54,266 nucleotides of DNA, from the NCBI GenBank assembly GCA_016206155.1, contig JACQSC010000001.1, positions 71,105 to 125,370 on the forward strand. Reading direction: 5' to 3'. Position 1 is the first letter of the stretch; every line of letters begins with the position of its first letter. The notes under the pieces were generated by a model. It was not told where the DNA came from and did no database searches. It saw only the letters and a program-made list of their open reading frames with translations. Origin of the DNA: Candidatus Uhrbacteria bacterium. GTDB lineage: Bacteria; Patescibacteriota; Patescibacteriia; JACQRZ01. A program made the position numbers and the translations under genes. Below are positions 53,363 through 54,266 of this stretch, piece by piece.

Positions 53363-54266
53363 AAATTGCCGTTATAGCGCATATTTATTACACTGATCTG
53401 ATAGAAGAATTTATTAATTATTTTCAGAATCTTCCTGTTGGTACAGATTTCCATATATCAACCACTGCAGAATCAGAACAGAAAGTAAAGAATGATTTTT
53501 TGAATTTTTTTGATGAGGCTCACGTGCATGTAATTGGCGTAGAGAACAGAGGCGTGGACATAGCGTCTTTTGTGATGTTCTATAAAAAAATTTATTCACA
53601 GTATGATCTCATATGCAAAGTTCATACAAAGAAGGAGAATAGGGTAGGTTTTCTCGACGGATGGAGATTATATCTGTTGGAAAATTTGCTTGGATCGAAA
53701 AAAATTGTCGACAAAATTATTTCAGAATTTCAGAGCGATAATATGCTGGGGGTTATTTTCCCCGAGCATTTTTATTTTATTAATAATTGGATAGATTGGG
53801 GAAATAATTTTAATAGAGCTCACGAATTAATGCGGAAAATTGGCTTAGATATTTCTTCCTACGAGGTGGAATTCCCGTCAGGATCAATGTTTTGGTTTAG
53901 ACCAGCCGCATTAATTTCATTAAATAAACTTAATCTTGAACCTATCGATTTTAAGCAGGCGAATGAATATGCCCCCGATGGACTCCTTGAACACGCTATC
54001 GAAAGAATTTTTTTATATCTTGCAGAAGTAAATGGCTTTTATTGGAAGAAAGTTCTATTTCAGCCCCTGCTGAAAAAAGATTATAAGGTTCAGACATATT
54101 CTAAAAGCATTCTTGATCATTTATCTATAACAAACAAAAATATTCTTGTACTTACTGGTTCTTTAAGGGGTTATGAGGCAGAGCTCCAATCAACCACCGC
54201 AGAGCTCCAATCAACCACCGCAGAGCACCAATCAACCACCGCAGAGCCTGTCTCTAAAACACATCA
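53359..54266 (+). CDS. rhamnan synthesis protein F (RgpF)-like glycosyltransferase, 3' end outside the window
   Basis: ATGA overlap with the upstream stop. Translation reads MKIAVIAHIYYTDL...GVENRGVDIASF...FPSGSMFWFRP. The frame is open to the window end and is not in the ORF track. Confidence 0.75.
   Translation, partial: MKIAVIAHIYYTDLIEEFINYFQNLPVGTDFHISTTAESEQKVKNDFLNFFDEAHVHVIGVENRGVDIASFVMFYKKIYSQYDLICKVHTKKENRVGFLDGWRLYLLENLLGSKKIVDKIISEFQSDNMLGVIFPEHFYFINNWIDWGNNFNRAHELMRKIGLDISSYEVEFPSGSMFWFRPAALISLNKLNLEPIDFKQANEYAPDGLLEHAIERIFLYLAEVNGFYWKKVLFQPLLKKDYKVQTYSKSILDHLSITNKNILVLTGSLRGYEAELQSTTAELQSTTAEHQSTTAEPVSKTH
54179..54249 (+). repeat. 21-bp tandem repeat x3.3 (GCAGAGCTCCAATCAACCACC) encoding AELQSTT heptads
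   Basis: Units start at 54179, 54200 and 54221 (one substitution, CTC->CAC), with a partial unit at 54242. Confidence 0.9.

Overview
This 54.3-kb window reads like a streamlined bacterial chromosome segment, probably Patescibacteria/CPR-like. That placement is inferred from gene content and style only. No database search was run, and all family calls rest on motifs read from the ORF translations.

Gene content in order:
- 1-7.9 kb: a complete F1Fo ATP synthase operon, atpZ-B-E-F-H-A-G-D-C.
- 8.3-15 kb: a lexA-led SOS/repair block with a Cheo-type LexA box, lexA, higBA, a YdcF-like gene, a Y-family polymerase and a UvrD-type helicase fused to a Cas4-like Fe-S nuclease.
- 15.3-20.4 kb: type IV pilus genes (pilC, pilin, pilD, pseudopilin) interrupted by a DUF3800 gene.
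- 20.4-27.7 kb: envelope and glycan genes (GT2, GT4, a large polytopic membrane protein, a CDP-alcohol phosphatidyltransferase, HIT, rfbB).
- 27.7-33.7 kb: housekeeping genes (der, pth, pyrH, dprA, topA).
- 33.9-36.1 kb: vapBC and an oxidative-stress trio (rubredoxin, 2-Cys peroxiredoxin, Fe/Mn SOD).
- 36.1-40.4 kb: a short Rel enzyme, a PEGA protein and an LCP protein.
- 40.5 kb: tRNA-Val(CAC).
- About 40.8 kb to the window end: a visibly more AT-rich Wzm/Wzt (ABC-transporter-dependent) glycan island.

Most unusual observations:
1. Intergenic hairpins built from about four tandem 7-nt units start at or within 6 nt of stop codons. They occur in three or four unrelated sequence families.
2. A family of 53-nt palindromes is translated in frame inside atpG and twice inside the helicase. 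Conserved asymmetric mismatches mark their orientation.
3. tRNA-Val is nested between the co-varying halves of a second tRNA-like gene and is closed off by a 13-bp inverted repeat.
4. Wzt is fused to a carbohydrate-binding module and a methyltransferase domain. That domain is paralogous to the C-terminus of a neighbouring WbdD-like coiled-coil protein.
5. 21-bp (heptad-coding) tandem repeats sit in three island genes.

No rRNA, CRISPR array, transposase or integrase was seen.
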